From positions 1 to 35,152 of the forward strand of contig JAZQYT010000259.1 of assembly GCA_045633665.1 (NCBI GenBank): a stretch of DNA of 35,152 nt, read 5' to 3'. A program made the translations under genes and the position numbers. Of this stretch, positions 19,393-27,904 are shown one piece after another (the first letter of the stretch is position 1; each line of letters begins with the position of its first letter). The stretch is from Eubacteriales bacterium (GTDB lineage: Bacteria; Bacillota; Clostridia; Oscillospirales; CAG-272). The notes beneath the pieces are model-generated. The model made no database searches, was not told the origin of the DNA, and was given only the letters and a program-made list of their open reading frames with translations.

Positions 19393-19942
19393 TACAAAAG
19401 CGGAAATTGGCATAATGAATCCGTAAATTTCGTAACAAAGTGATAAATTGTGAAAATCAGCGTAAATATAAAAATAGAGCCTGTTTAGCGATAATAATTA
19501 TGCGAAAAAGCGTCAAATTACGGAAATTATTATTGATATTAGGGAACGGCTCGGGTTGGCTGATCGACACGACATATTTGTCGTGTTAAAAAGCACGAAA
19601 ATAGCCGTGTTGACGCACAGTAATCGCCCGAAAAAATCAATAGTAAAGCATGCTAAACCATCGCAAAGAATCGCGGATACCCTTATAATATAAGGGAAAT
19701 GATGAGATTGAAGGATGATGGCGAAAAAAACACTGGCACAACAGACGCTTGCGTGCTAACACAAAGCGTGGCGAAATGTCGTACCGGAATTTCCTTAAAG
19801 GTCGTGGTCATGTTGCACAATTTTGATAATCCGAATTGTAACATGATTACCCAACCACGCGTAACGGAAGTTCTTTTTTGTGAATATTTGCCTAATTGCC
19901 CAAGTAAAGAGATAAAATCGCATGAATTTTTTCGATATTAAA

Positions 19943-19971
19943 TTGACTATCGTAAAAATATCTGTTATAAT
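19943..19971 (+). promoter_or_regulatory. sigmaA promoter of plus-strand GH78 gene
   Basis: TTGACT (19943-19948), 17 bp, TATAAT (19966-19971) with extended TG. Confidence 0.75.
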
Positions 19972-20010
19972 GGTAATGAAATCAATTTCTTGCAAAAACG
20001 GAGGGAACAT

Positions 20011-22602
20011 ATGCTTCAATTGCTTGATTTAAGAATCGATCACAATGCAGCTCCGAATATTGCTGCAACACACGGTTTACGCTTCTCCTGGAAGCTCGCA
20101 TCGGATCTGAATAACGTGACGCAAAAAACGTACAGAGTCACAATATGCAAGGATACGGAAATCGTATTTGATTCAGGTACTGTAGAATCCGATCAGTCCT
20201 GTGACGTTACGTTTCCTGAGCTTTTCTTACAGCCTGCTACGGAATACGAATGGAATCTTTGTGTAAAGGATAACCACCAGCAAAGCGCGGTTGCATCATT
20301 GAAGTTTTCCACTGAGCTGTATGCGGACATGTGGCAGGCACACTGGATCACACCGTCCAATCATATCGTCAGCTGGGCGCCTTATTTAAGAAAGAAGTTT
20401 TGCACAAAGCAAGGTGTCAGACGAGCCGTTTTGTATGCCTGCGGCCTTGGTTGCGCGGAATACTATATAAACGGCAAAAAGATTGCGGATGACTATATCG
20501 ATCCTCCGTTTACCAACTATGAAAAAGAAGTGTTATATCGTGCCTACGATGTGACCGATCTGATCGATCAAAGCAATGCACTTGTCGCATGGCTGGGAGA
20601 GGGTTTTTACGAGCAAAGCCAGGTTTGGACGTATAACGGCTTCAGCTACGGTAAGGTTTGCCTGATCGCACGTCTGGAGATTGAATATGAGGACGGTACA
20701 AGAGAAGCGATTGTGACAGATCCCTCCTGGAAATGTAAAAACAGCCCTATCACGCACAACAATATTTACGTTGGCGAAACGTACGATGCAAGACTTGAAA
20801 CACCCGATTTCGCTGATGCCGACGGTAGTGACTCAGGCTGGTGCGATTGTATTGTGGATGATACTCCCAAGGGTGAGCTTAAGCCCTGTAACATGCCTCC
20901 CGTAAAGATTATCAACCGCATTCCCGCAAAGAGCGTCACGCCTGCGTGCGGTGCAAGCGACAGCGCGTGGATCATCGATCTTGGAGAAAACTTTGCCGGT
21001 GTCGTGGAATATCATTTGCCGCGCTGCTCCAGAGGCAAGCTTTTGGTGTTCAGATACTCCGAAACGCTCAATCAATCAGGTCAGCCCGATTATCGCTCCA
21101 CGGGTGGATTTGCTACGCAGTGCGTACAACAGGATATTTATATTGCCAAGGGTGATCCCGAGGGCGAGATCTGGCGTCCTCGATTTACCTATCACGGTTT
21201 CCGCTATATTGAGATCAGCGGCGTTGATTTCTGCCACGAATATGGCAAGATCCCCGAGGTCAGCATTGCCGTCGGTTGCGCGCTGTCGACCGACCTTGAG
21301 AAGGACGGCACGTTCCGATCCTCCTCTGATGACCTGAATTTGCTGCATGAGATCATTTGTCGCACGTTCCGCTCCAACTATCACGGTTTGCCCGAGGATT
21401 GCCCTGCGCGTGAAAAATGCGGTTGGCTGGGCGATGCACAGATCGTATGCAATACGGGTATCATGAATTACAACATGGTTACTTCGTATGAGAAGTATCT
21501 GAGCGACATCCGCACACAAAAGGAAGTTTACGGCACGTGGACAATGATCGCACCCGGTAAACGCGGCTGCGGAGAAGCATCGCCACTTTGGGGCTGCGCG
21601 CAGATCATTATTCCTTACTGGCTATACTATTATTGCAACGATTCCTCTGCCATAACCCGAAACTGGGATCTGATGCAGGCTTGGGTAGAGCATGAACTGG
21701 CAAGATCCAAGGAATATATCATTTCCGAGGGCTTGGGAGACTGGTGCCCGCCCGGTGGCGAGCAGAGCGAACGCAGAATTCCTGTGCCGCATTCTTCTAC
21801 TTTAATGTTCTATGAGATCTGCATAAAAATGGTTGAGATGAGCAATCATTTGGGGTATGGTAATGCAAAATACTATTCCGATCTTGCCGATCAGATTGCA
21901 GACTCCTTTATTGCGCATTTCTATGATCATGATGAGCACACGTACGGAACGTGGGCATCAGACGCGGTTGCGTTGACGCTCGGTGTTTATCCCGAGTATG
22001 ACAGGGAAGCGCTGTTGGCTTCTTTGAAAAACAGCATCATTGCAGACGACTATGCGATGAGCACGGGCATATATGGCAACAAATATCTCATTCCTCTGCT
22101 TTTCGAAGAGGGAATGGGCGACATGGCGATGGAGATCATGTTCAATCGCAGACATACAAGCTTTGGCACTATGATGGATGACGGGGCTACCTCGTTGTGG
22201 GAGGTGCTGGACATGCGCCACGTCACAGAGGATCGCACCAAAACCGTTTCCTCTTACAATCACCCCATGCACAGTGGATTCGCGTACGTTTATTATGCAT
22301 ATCTCGGTGGTCTGCAGCCTGCAGAGCCCGGATTCAAGACCTTTGTCGTCAAGCCTTGTCACGTGAAGGGTGTAGATAACGTAGCAATCACGTATGAGTG
22401 TCAATACGGAAGAATTGCGGTATCCGCTGATAAAACAGATAGCGGATACGTTTATGAGGTCACGGTGCCTGCAAACACGCATTGCGTGCTTGCGTTTGCA
22501 GAAGGCGTGGAAATCACGGCTGCCGATGGCACGAAAACGATCTGCCCGGAGGATGAAACCTGTTGCGTTGGATCCGGTACTTACCGCGTTGTAAGCTTGT
22601 AA
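20011..22602 (+). CDS. Alpha-L-rhamnosidase, glycoside hydrolase family 78
   Basis: N-terminal RFSWKL Ig-like domain, GETYDARLE, DLGENFAG, PRFTYHGFRY, PEDCPAREKCGWLGD, GATSLWE, SYNHPM; GGAGG before ATG 20011. Confidence 0.93.
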   Translation: MLQLLDLRIDHNAAPNIAATHGLRFSWKLASDLNNVTQKTYRVTICKDTEIVFDSGTVESDQSCDVTFPELFLQPATEYEWNLCVKDNHQQSAVASLKFSTELYADMWQAHWITPSNHIVSWAPYLRKKFCTKQGVRRAVLYACGLGCAEYYINGKKIADDYIDPPFTNYEKEVLYRAYDVTDLIDQSNALVAWLGEGFYEQSQVWTYNGFSYGKVCLIARLEIEYEDGTREAIVTDPSWKCKNSPITHNNIYVGETYDARLETPDFADADGSDSGWCDCIVDDTPKGELKPCNMPPVKIINRIPAKSVTPACGASDSAWIIDLGENFAGVVEYHLPRCSRGKLLVFRYSETLNQSGQPDYRSTGGFATQCVQQDIYIAKGDPEGEIWRPRFTYHGFRYIEISGVDFCHEYGKIPEVSIAVGCALSTDLEKDGTFRSSSDDLNLLHEIICRTFRSNYHGLPEDCPAREKCGWLGDAQIVCNTGIMNYNMVTSYEKYLSDIRTQKEVYGTWTMIAPGKRGCGEASPLWGCAQIIIPYWLYYYCNDSSAITRNWDLMQAWVEHELARSKEYIISEGLGDWCPPGGEQSERRIPVPHSSTLMFYEICIKMVEMSNHLGYGNAKYYSDLADQIADSFIAHFYDHDEHTYGTWASDAVALTLGVYPEYDREALLASLKNSIIADDYAMSTGIYGNKYLIPLLFEEGMGDMAMEIMFNRRHTSFGTMMDDGATSLWEVLDMRHVTEDRTKTVSSYNHPMHSGFAYVYYAYLGGLQPAEPGFKTFVVKPCHVKGVDNVAITYECQYGRIAVSADKTDSGYVYEVTVPANTHCVLAFAEGVEITAADGTKTICPEDETCCVGSGTYRVVSL

Positions 22603-22636
22603 TCGTACCTGCTATTCTGTTTGAAAGGAGAGCGAC

Positions 22637-23740
22637 ATGCCCAATATTATTGATTATCTGAAATGGCGTGGTGATATCACGTTTGAACAAGTCAAACTCA
22701 ATGAAGTGGACAATTTGATATTTTCGCAGCTGGCCTTTATTGATTTTTCGGGCATCGTGCCTTCTGATCCTGCCGCTCCTCCCGTGACGGTGAAGCAAGC
22801 AGCTATGCAGTTTTTCTTTGAGAATGATATCAAAAAGAACTCTCGCCCCGGATTGATCATTTCACAGCAGACATATCAAATGTTCCGCATGATGGCACAA
22901 TCCAAGCGCTTTGCCGATCTGCAGCTCTCTGCCTTTGTCAATGAAATTGATTTGGAACAAGAAAAGCAATTCAGCGCGCTTACCATCAGACTCAAGGAAA
23001 AGCTGTCGTATATCAGTATTCGCGGCACGGACGACACGATCGTCGGATGGAAAGAGGATTTCAATCTGTCTTTTTTGGATGAAATTCCTTCGCAGAAGCG
23101 CGTTGTCGAGTACGTCAATTCCATATGCGCTGTACAGTCCGGAAATTTCTACGTAGGAGGGCATTCCAAGGGTGGCCACCTTGCTTTGTATTCTTTGGTA
23201 AAATGCGCTCCGGAGTATAAAAACCGTATCGTAGCGGGTTTTAGCAACGATGGCCCGGGTTTTTCAAAAGAATTTACCGAGTTACCGGAATATAAAGCTG
23301 CCGAATCCAAATTTCACATTTATATGCCGCAGAATTCCATTGTTGGAATGTTTTTTGAAAACGTTGAAAAGCGCAGAGTTGTAAAGAGCAATCAGATCGG
23401 TGTGTTCCAGCACGACGGTATGTCGTGGGAGGTCATGGGTGCCGGCTTTGTCCGCGTCAAAAAGCTGGGGAATGATGCGATCAACACCGTACTGCTCAAT
23501 GATCGTATACACGCTTTACCGATTGAAGCAAGAAAGCATTTCGTAGACGTTTTATTCGGAATGCTGGAATCAACTGGCGTCAAAACGCTCTCCGAGCTTA
23601 ATGCCAAAGGTCTGAAAAGTATGATTGCCATGATCAAGACTTTTAACGATCTTGACAAAAAGGAACGAGATTTGATGCTGCTTTTGATCGCCGAACTGCT
23701 TGATCTGCGTTTGAGTGAAGCGCCTATTGAGGTTTCATAA
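22637..23740 (+). CDS. DUF2974 (Mbeg1-like) alpha/beta hydrolase
   Basis: NIIDYLKWRGD, RGTDDTIVGWKEDF, lipase box GHSKGG, DGPGF, QHD..SW. Confidence 0.88.
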   Translation: MPNIIDYLKWRGDITFEQVKLNEVDNLIFSQLAFIDFSGIVPSDPAAPPVTVKQAAMQFFFENDIKKNSRPGLIISQQTYQMFRMMAQSKRFADLQLSAFVNEIDLEQEKQFSALTIRLKEKLSYISIRGTDDTIVGWKEDFNLSFLDEIPSQKRVVEYVNSICAVQSGNFYVGGHSKGGHLALYSLVKCAPEYKNRIVAGFSNDGPGFSKEFTELPEYKAAESKFHIYMPQNSIVGMFFENVEKRRVVKSNQIGVFQHDGMSWEVMGAGFVRVKKLGNDAINTVLLNDRIHALPIEARKHFVDVLFGMLESTGVKTLSELNAKGLKSMIAMIKTFNDLDKKERDLMLLLIAELLDLRLSEAPIEVS

Positions 23741-23751
23741 ATTAAAAATTA

Positions 23752-23775
23752 AGCCCCGTGCAGCAGCACGGGGCT
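23752..23775. terminator. Hairpin terminator between convergent genes
   Basis: AGCCCCGTGC-AGCA-GCACGGGGCT with AT-rich flanks on both sides. Confidence 0.75.
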
Positions 23776-23789
23776 ATTGATGTTTTTAT

Positions 23790-24362
23790 TCATTTGTTCA
23801 GATCTATGATCTCGTCGGCAAAGTCACGGGCTTCAGAGGCGTCATGCGTTACAAATAATACCGTTTTTCCACGCAATAATTCGCGTGCTTTGTCCATAAC
23901 GTTTTTTTTGGTATCACGGTCAAGCGCGGAGAAGGGCTCGTCTAAAAGCAAAATTTCGGTATCATACGCGATCGCTCTTGCCAGACTGACTCTTTTGGCC
24001 ATGCCGCCAGATAATTCATCGGGATACTTGTCGGCAGCATCTGCTACGTCGAAATCGTGCAGAAGCTGCATAGCGATTTCCTTCTTTTGCGCCTTGTCTT
24101 TTACAACAAGCATGACGTTTTGCAAAACGGTCAACTGACCAAACAATCTCGGCTCCTGAAACATAATGCCAGTGCTTTTGCCATACGTTTCAATGCTGCC
24201 GCTTTGCGGTGTCAACAGTCCTGCAATCAAACGCAGCAGCGTTGTTTTCCCCATACCCGAGGGTGCCATCAGGGCAGTAATACAATTCTCCGTGATATCC
24301 AGATTGAAGCACGTAAATATCGGCTTTTGATCAAACGAAAAGGTCAGCTTATCAATTCTCAT
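23790..24362 (-). CDS. ABC transporter ATP-binding protein (NitT/TauT/SsuB type)
   Basis: Walker A APSGMGKTT, FQEPRL, LSGGM, LLLDEPF, VTH; start at 24362 after GGAGG. Confidence 0.92.
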   Translation of the reverse strand: MRIDKLTFSFDQKPIFTCFNLDITENCITALMAPSGMGKTTLLRLIAGLLTPQSGSIETYGKSTGIMFQEPRLFGQLTVLQNVMLVVKDKAQKKEIAMQLLHDFDVADAADKYPDELSGGMAKRVSLARAIAYDTEILLLDEPFSALDRDTKKNVMDKARELLRGKTVLFVTHDASEARDFADEIIDLNK

Positions 24363-25116
24363 ATACGACAGCCTCCTTTCTCGTTTTGCGTTTGACGTGT
24401 TGGAGTGCAAGTCTGAAGGCAAAATCAAGCAGATAGCTGAATATGATAATAGCAACAGTCCATGCAAACAACTCCACGTATTCCATATTTTGCTTGGACA
24501 GGTACATGTATTTGCCTACGGAAACCTCGGGGCAGATCAGTACCTCTGCGGCAATGCCCGCTTTGATCGCAAGACCGGCACATGCGCCGGCGGCAGAGAT
24601 CAGAAAAGGACGAAGTGTTGGGATCCAAATACATTTGACTCGCTCCCAAAAGCTTAATCGATAAGCGCGCGCGGTCTCAAGCATATCCGGATTGGGAGAG
24701 CCAAGCCCTTCAATCGTATTGGAAAATACAACCGGCAGAACCATGAGTGCTGCAATTGCACCCGGAATCAGATCGCGATCAAAAAACACAAGTGCGATCA
24801 GAATAAACGAGGATACCGGAGTCGTTTTGACAACGGAAATGACCGGGCGCACCATGTCATGCAAAAATTTGACCTTGTGACAGAGGATTGCGAGCAAGAA
24901 GCCTCCGAGATAGGAAAGAATGATTCCTATCGTGACACGAACAGCGCTTGTGATCATGACACGCCAGAAGGTGCCTGTCATTGCCATTGTCCCCAGCTTG
25001 ATCAATACGTCAACCGGAGAAGGTAGGATCAAGGGCATTCCGACCAGGATGGAGCATAGCCACCACATTCCCAGCCAGAATGCGATGATAAGCGTATACT
25101 TGATCGCTTTTTTCAT
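24352..25116 (-). CDS. ABC transporter permease (NitT/TauT/SsuC type)
   Basis: ILPSP..V, six TM segments, EAA-like loop MLETARAY, IAAEVL. Confidence 0.9.
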   Translation of the reverse strand: MKKAIKYTLIIAFWLGMWWLCSILVGMPLILPSPVDVLIKLGTMAMTGTFWRVMITSAVRVTIGIILSYLGGFLLAILCHKVKFLHDMVRPVISVVKTTPVSSFILIALVFFDRDLIPGAIAALMVLPVVFSNTIEGLGSPNPDMLETARAYRLSFWERVKCIWIPTLRPFLISAAGACAGLAIKAGIAAEVLICPEVSVGKYMYLSKQNMEYVELFAWTVAIIIFSYLLDFAFRLALQHVKRKTRKEAVVYEN

Positions 25117-25123
25117 AGATTAA

Positions 25124-26128
25124 TCAGGGAACGTAGTAGAAATCCTCTGCAGGCAGCGCGTTTCCAATAGAAGCGGGCGCTACTGCATACAGGATCTCAT
25201 AGAATTTCGCAAGTCCTGCTTTCATTTCTGCACCGTCAATATAGCAAATGTTTGCGTTGGGAATTGCCTTTGCAGCGACGGGAGCTTGCGCAAAAATACC
25301 TGCTGCCGCAATCATTTCGCCTGCCTCTGTGGGATTCTGGTTGACAAATTCAATGGACGCCTTATATTCGCTCAAGAACGTCTTGACCGCTTCGGGATGC
25401 TGCTCAATAAATGCGGTGCGGGCCACAACACAGCCCTGCATCAGGGAATCTGCGGGATAGTGCTTCTCCCATTCGGCAGTCAGATCAAGGGATGCAGACA
25501 AGGATTCGTTTGCTTTTTTTGCAATAGTAACCATAGGCTCGGGGAGTACGGCGATATCTACCGCACCGGAAACAAGAGCAGTACGAAGATCTGCGGGCTG
25601 TGCATAGGTATTATCGATGATGACATCGGTTCCCACAACAAGTCCATTGGCTTCGCAAATGGACTTGAAAAGAAACGTGGGATTCTGTGCGGGACAGTAA
25701 ACGGTTTTACCGCGCAGATCCTCAAAGGAGGTAATGGTCTGCTTGGTCGTGTTGTTCATGACGTACAGTACGCCCAGTGTATTCACTGCGATGACCTTGA
25801 CACCGCCGTTGGTCTTCATGGCAACGTTCGCGGCAGCGTTTGTGGGAAGCGCTGCGATATCGCAAGAACCGCTGATCAGAGATGCGGTGATATTGGACGC
25901 ATCAGTTTCGACGGTAATTGTGTAGGGAAGAGAGGTCTGCTTGCTTGTATTGTCGGAAATCAGCTTTGCCATGCCAAAGCCTGTGGTGCCGTTGAGAACC
26001 ATGACGTTGACGTTATCAAGTGTCGGCTGTTTTTCGGGATCGGGCTTTTGCGAAACGCAAGCCGCGAGCATCGACATAGCAAGAGCAAGACAAATGGCAA
26101 GAGAGAAGAGTTTGATGATGTGTTTCAT
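25124..26128 (-). CDS. ABC transporter substrate-binding lipoprotein (SsuA/NMT1-like)
   Basis: Lipobox LAAC; LNGTTGFG, DIAALP.N.AA, NTLGVLY, AVLPEP. Confidence 0.88.
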   Translation of the reverse strand: MKHIIKLFSLAICLALAMSMLAACVSQKPDPEKQPTLDNVNVMVLNGTTGFGMAKLISDNTSKQTSLPYTITVETDASNITASLISGSCDIAALPTNAAANVAMKTNGGVKVIAVNTLGVLYVMNNTTKQTITSFEDLRGKTVYCPAQNPTFLFKSICEANGLVVGTDVIIDNTYAQPADLRTALVSGAVDIAVLPEPMVTIAKKANESLSASLDLTAEWEKHYPADSLMQGCVVARTAFIEQHPEAVKTFLSEYKASIEFVNQNPTEAGEMIAAAGIFAQAPVAAKAIPNANICYIDGAEMKAGLAKFYEILYAVAPASIGNALPAEDFYYVP

Positions 26129-26133
26129 AATGA

Positions 26134-26805
26134 TTATTCCTTTCCTTTATAAAAATGCAGCATATGTTCACGGTCAAGCAAGTATATGATCTTATTTTCT
26201 CGCTTAATAAATCCGTCTGCTTCCAGCTTATCAAAAGCGCGATACAGCGAGGCTCTGCCGATATCCAGCATAGTGCAAAGTGCGTTCATGGGGATATCCA
26301 ACGCGACCTGCTCGTCATCGGCGTTGGCATTTAGCCAAACTGCCAGACGGTTTTCCGCGCATCCTGCTGTCAGGCAAGAGATCTTTTGATTGAGAAACAG
26401 TGTTTTTCTTGCGATAAAAGCAATGTACTGATACCTGACTGTCGCATCGTTGTCGATCAAATGAGTCAAAAAGGCTTTTGAAAGCATCAAAACTTTACAT
26501 GGAGTTTTTGCTACAATACGCGTAACAAAAGCATGCTCTGTAAATAAATTGGATACACCGAATATTTCATATGGCTTAAACGAGCGCAACAGTACCTGCT
26601 TGTCCGTATCGCTGCTGTAGGCAGCAGCACTGCCGCTGCAGAGCACGTATAGCGCATTGCTTTGTTGCTCAGGTTTCAGAATTACCTGATCCCGTTCGAA
26701 ATCACAAAATATCGGCATGGATACCAAAGCAGCATCCTTTACACACGCTGCATTTGCACCTTTTGTGATAGGCAATTTTTCCAGTATAGCTTGGATATCT
26801 TTCAT
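26134..26805 (-). CDS. Crp/Fnr family transcriptional regulator
   Basis: N-terminal cNMP-binding-like domain (LYVLCSG, EIFG) and C-terminal HTH LCTMLDIGRASLYRAFDKLEADGFI. Confidence 0.9.
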   Translation of the reverse strand: MKDIQAILEKLPITKGANAACVKDAALVSMPIFCDFERDQVILKPEQQSNALYVLCSGSAAAYSSDTDKQVLLRSFKPYEIFGVSNLFTEHAFVTRIVAKTPCKVLMLSKAFLTHLIDNDATVRYQYIAFIARKTLFLNQKISCLTAGCAENRLAVWLNANADDEQVALDIPMNALCTMLDIGRASLYRAFDKLEADGFIKRENKIIYLLDREHMLHFYKGKE

Positions 26806-26815
26806 GCTGCCTCCG

Positions 26816-26867
26816 AGTGTCCCAAATGATACACTATTATTATATCCGAGCAGCAGAAATTTGTCAA
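26816..26867 (-). promoter_or_regulatory. Consensus sigmaA promoter plus putative operator of the Crp/ABC operon
   Basis: Minus strand TTGACA (26867-26862), 17 bp, TATAAT (26844-26839); pseudo-palindrome AGTGTCCCAAATGATACACT (26816-26835) over the predicted +1. Confidence 0.7.
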
Positions 26868-26908
26868 GAGGATATCAATGATTTGCGTGAAAATTCACAT
26901 AAGATGTA

Positions 26909-26937
26909 TTGCAATTTCCTATGAGTTGTAGTATAAT
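26909..26937 (+). promoter_or_regulatory. sigmaA promoter of the nucleotidyltransferase-galM operon
   Basis: TTGCAA (26909-26914), 17 bp, TATAAT (26932-26937). Confidence 0.75.
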
Positions 26938-26974
26938 AGTTCTGTTCTATACATTTATATATCGGAGGCACACC

Positions 26975-27871
26975 ATGATATTGGCAATTTTAGCTGCCGG
27001 AATGGGTTCGAGGTATGGCGGTTTGAAGCAGATCGATCCCATGACAGAAAACGGCGAATTCATCATTGATTTTTCGGTTTACGATGCGATACAAGCAGGC
27101 TTCGATAAAGTTGTATTCATCATTAAGAAGGAAAATTACGAGGCATTTTCCGAAACAGTCGGCAAAAGAGTTTCTCGTTATATCAAAACATACTACGCGT
27201 TCCAGGATCTTGCAGATCTGCCCGAGGGCTTTGCCGTTCCTGAAAACAGAGTCAAGCCTTGGGGAACGGCTCATGCGATCTATGCGGCACGTGAATATCT
27301 GACAGAAAACTTTGTTGTGATCAATTCCGATGACTTTTACGGAAGAGATGCCTTCTTTAAGGCCGCAGAGCATCTGAAGGCGCAAGAATCCGGGGATCAT
27401 TACTGTATGGTCGGCTACAGGCTCGGCAATACGTTGACTGACAGCGGCACGGTTTCGCGCGGTGAATGCACTGTTGACCATAACGGTATGCTGACCTCGG
27501 TTACCGAGCGCACGGATATCAAAAAGAATGGCTCTGAAGCGGCTTATCGCTCGCAGGATGGGGATTGGATCGATCTTCCCGCATCTACAACGGTTTCGAT
27601 GAACTTCTGGGGCTTGACACCCGGAATCATTCCGAAGTTGTGTGAGGGATTTGAGGAATTCTTAAAGGAACGCGGAGGAGAACTCAAGAGCGAGTACTAT
27701 ATTCCTTTCGCGATCGATGCATTCATGAATAAGGGACTTTGCGACGTATGTGTATATCGGACGGATGCACAATGGTATGGCGTAACGTATGCAGAGGATA
27801 AAGCATACGTAAAGGATTCGATCAAGGCTATGATCGAAAACGGTATTTATCCGAATAATTTATGGGGTTGA
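26975..27871 (+). CDS. Sugar-1-phosphate nucleotidyltransferase (GT-A fold NTP_transferase)
   Basis: ILAAGMGSRYGGLKQ, KPWGTAHA, INSDDFYG, VSMNFWG, WYGVTY; GGAGG before ATG 26975. Confidence 0.88.
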   Translation: MILAILAAGMGSRYGGLKQIDPMTENGEFIIDFSVYDAIQAGFDKVVFIIKKENYEAFSETVGKRVSRYIKTYYAFQDLADLPEGFAVPENRVKPWGTAHAIYAAREYLTENFVVINSDDFYGRDAFFKAAEHLKAQESGDHYCMVGYRLGNTLTDSGTVSRGECTVDHNGMLTSVTERTDIKKNGSEAAYRSQDGDWIDLPASTTVSMNFWGLTPGIIPKLCEGFEEFLKERGGELKSEYYIPFAIDAFMNKGLCDVCVYRTDAQWYGVTYAEDKAYVKDSIKAMIENGIYPNNLWG

Positions 27872-27904
27872 TCCTCAAATAATACATATTTTGAAAGGGC
27901 ATAT

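Noticed and set aside
15927-20010. tmRNA near smpB or in the intergenic gap
   Set aside because: No tRNA-like ends (GGGG...TTCGA / T-arm...CCA) found on either strand by eye.
19699-20019. 80-aa (+) and 74-aa (-) ORFs in the large intergenic gap
   Set aside because: No recognisable motifs and poorly spaced or absent RBS; the minus ORF overlaps the GH78 promoter and start. Not supportable as CDS, though not excluded.
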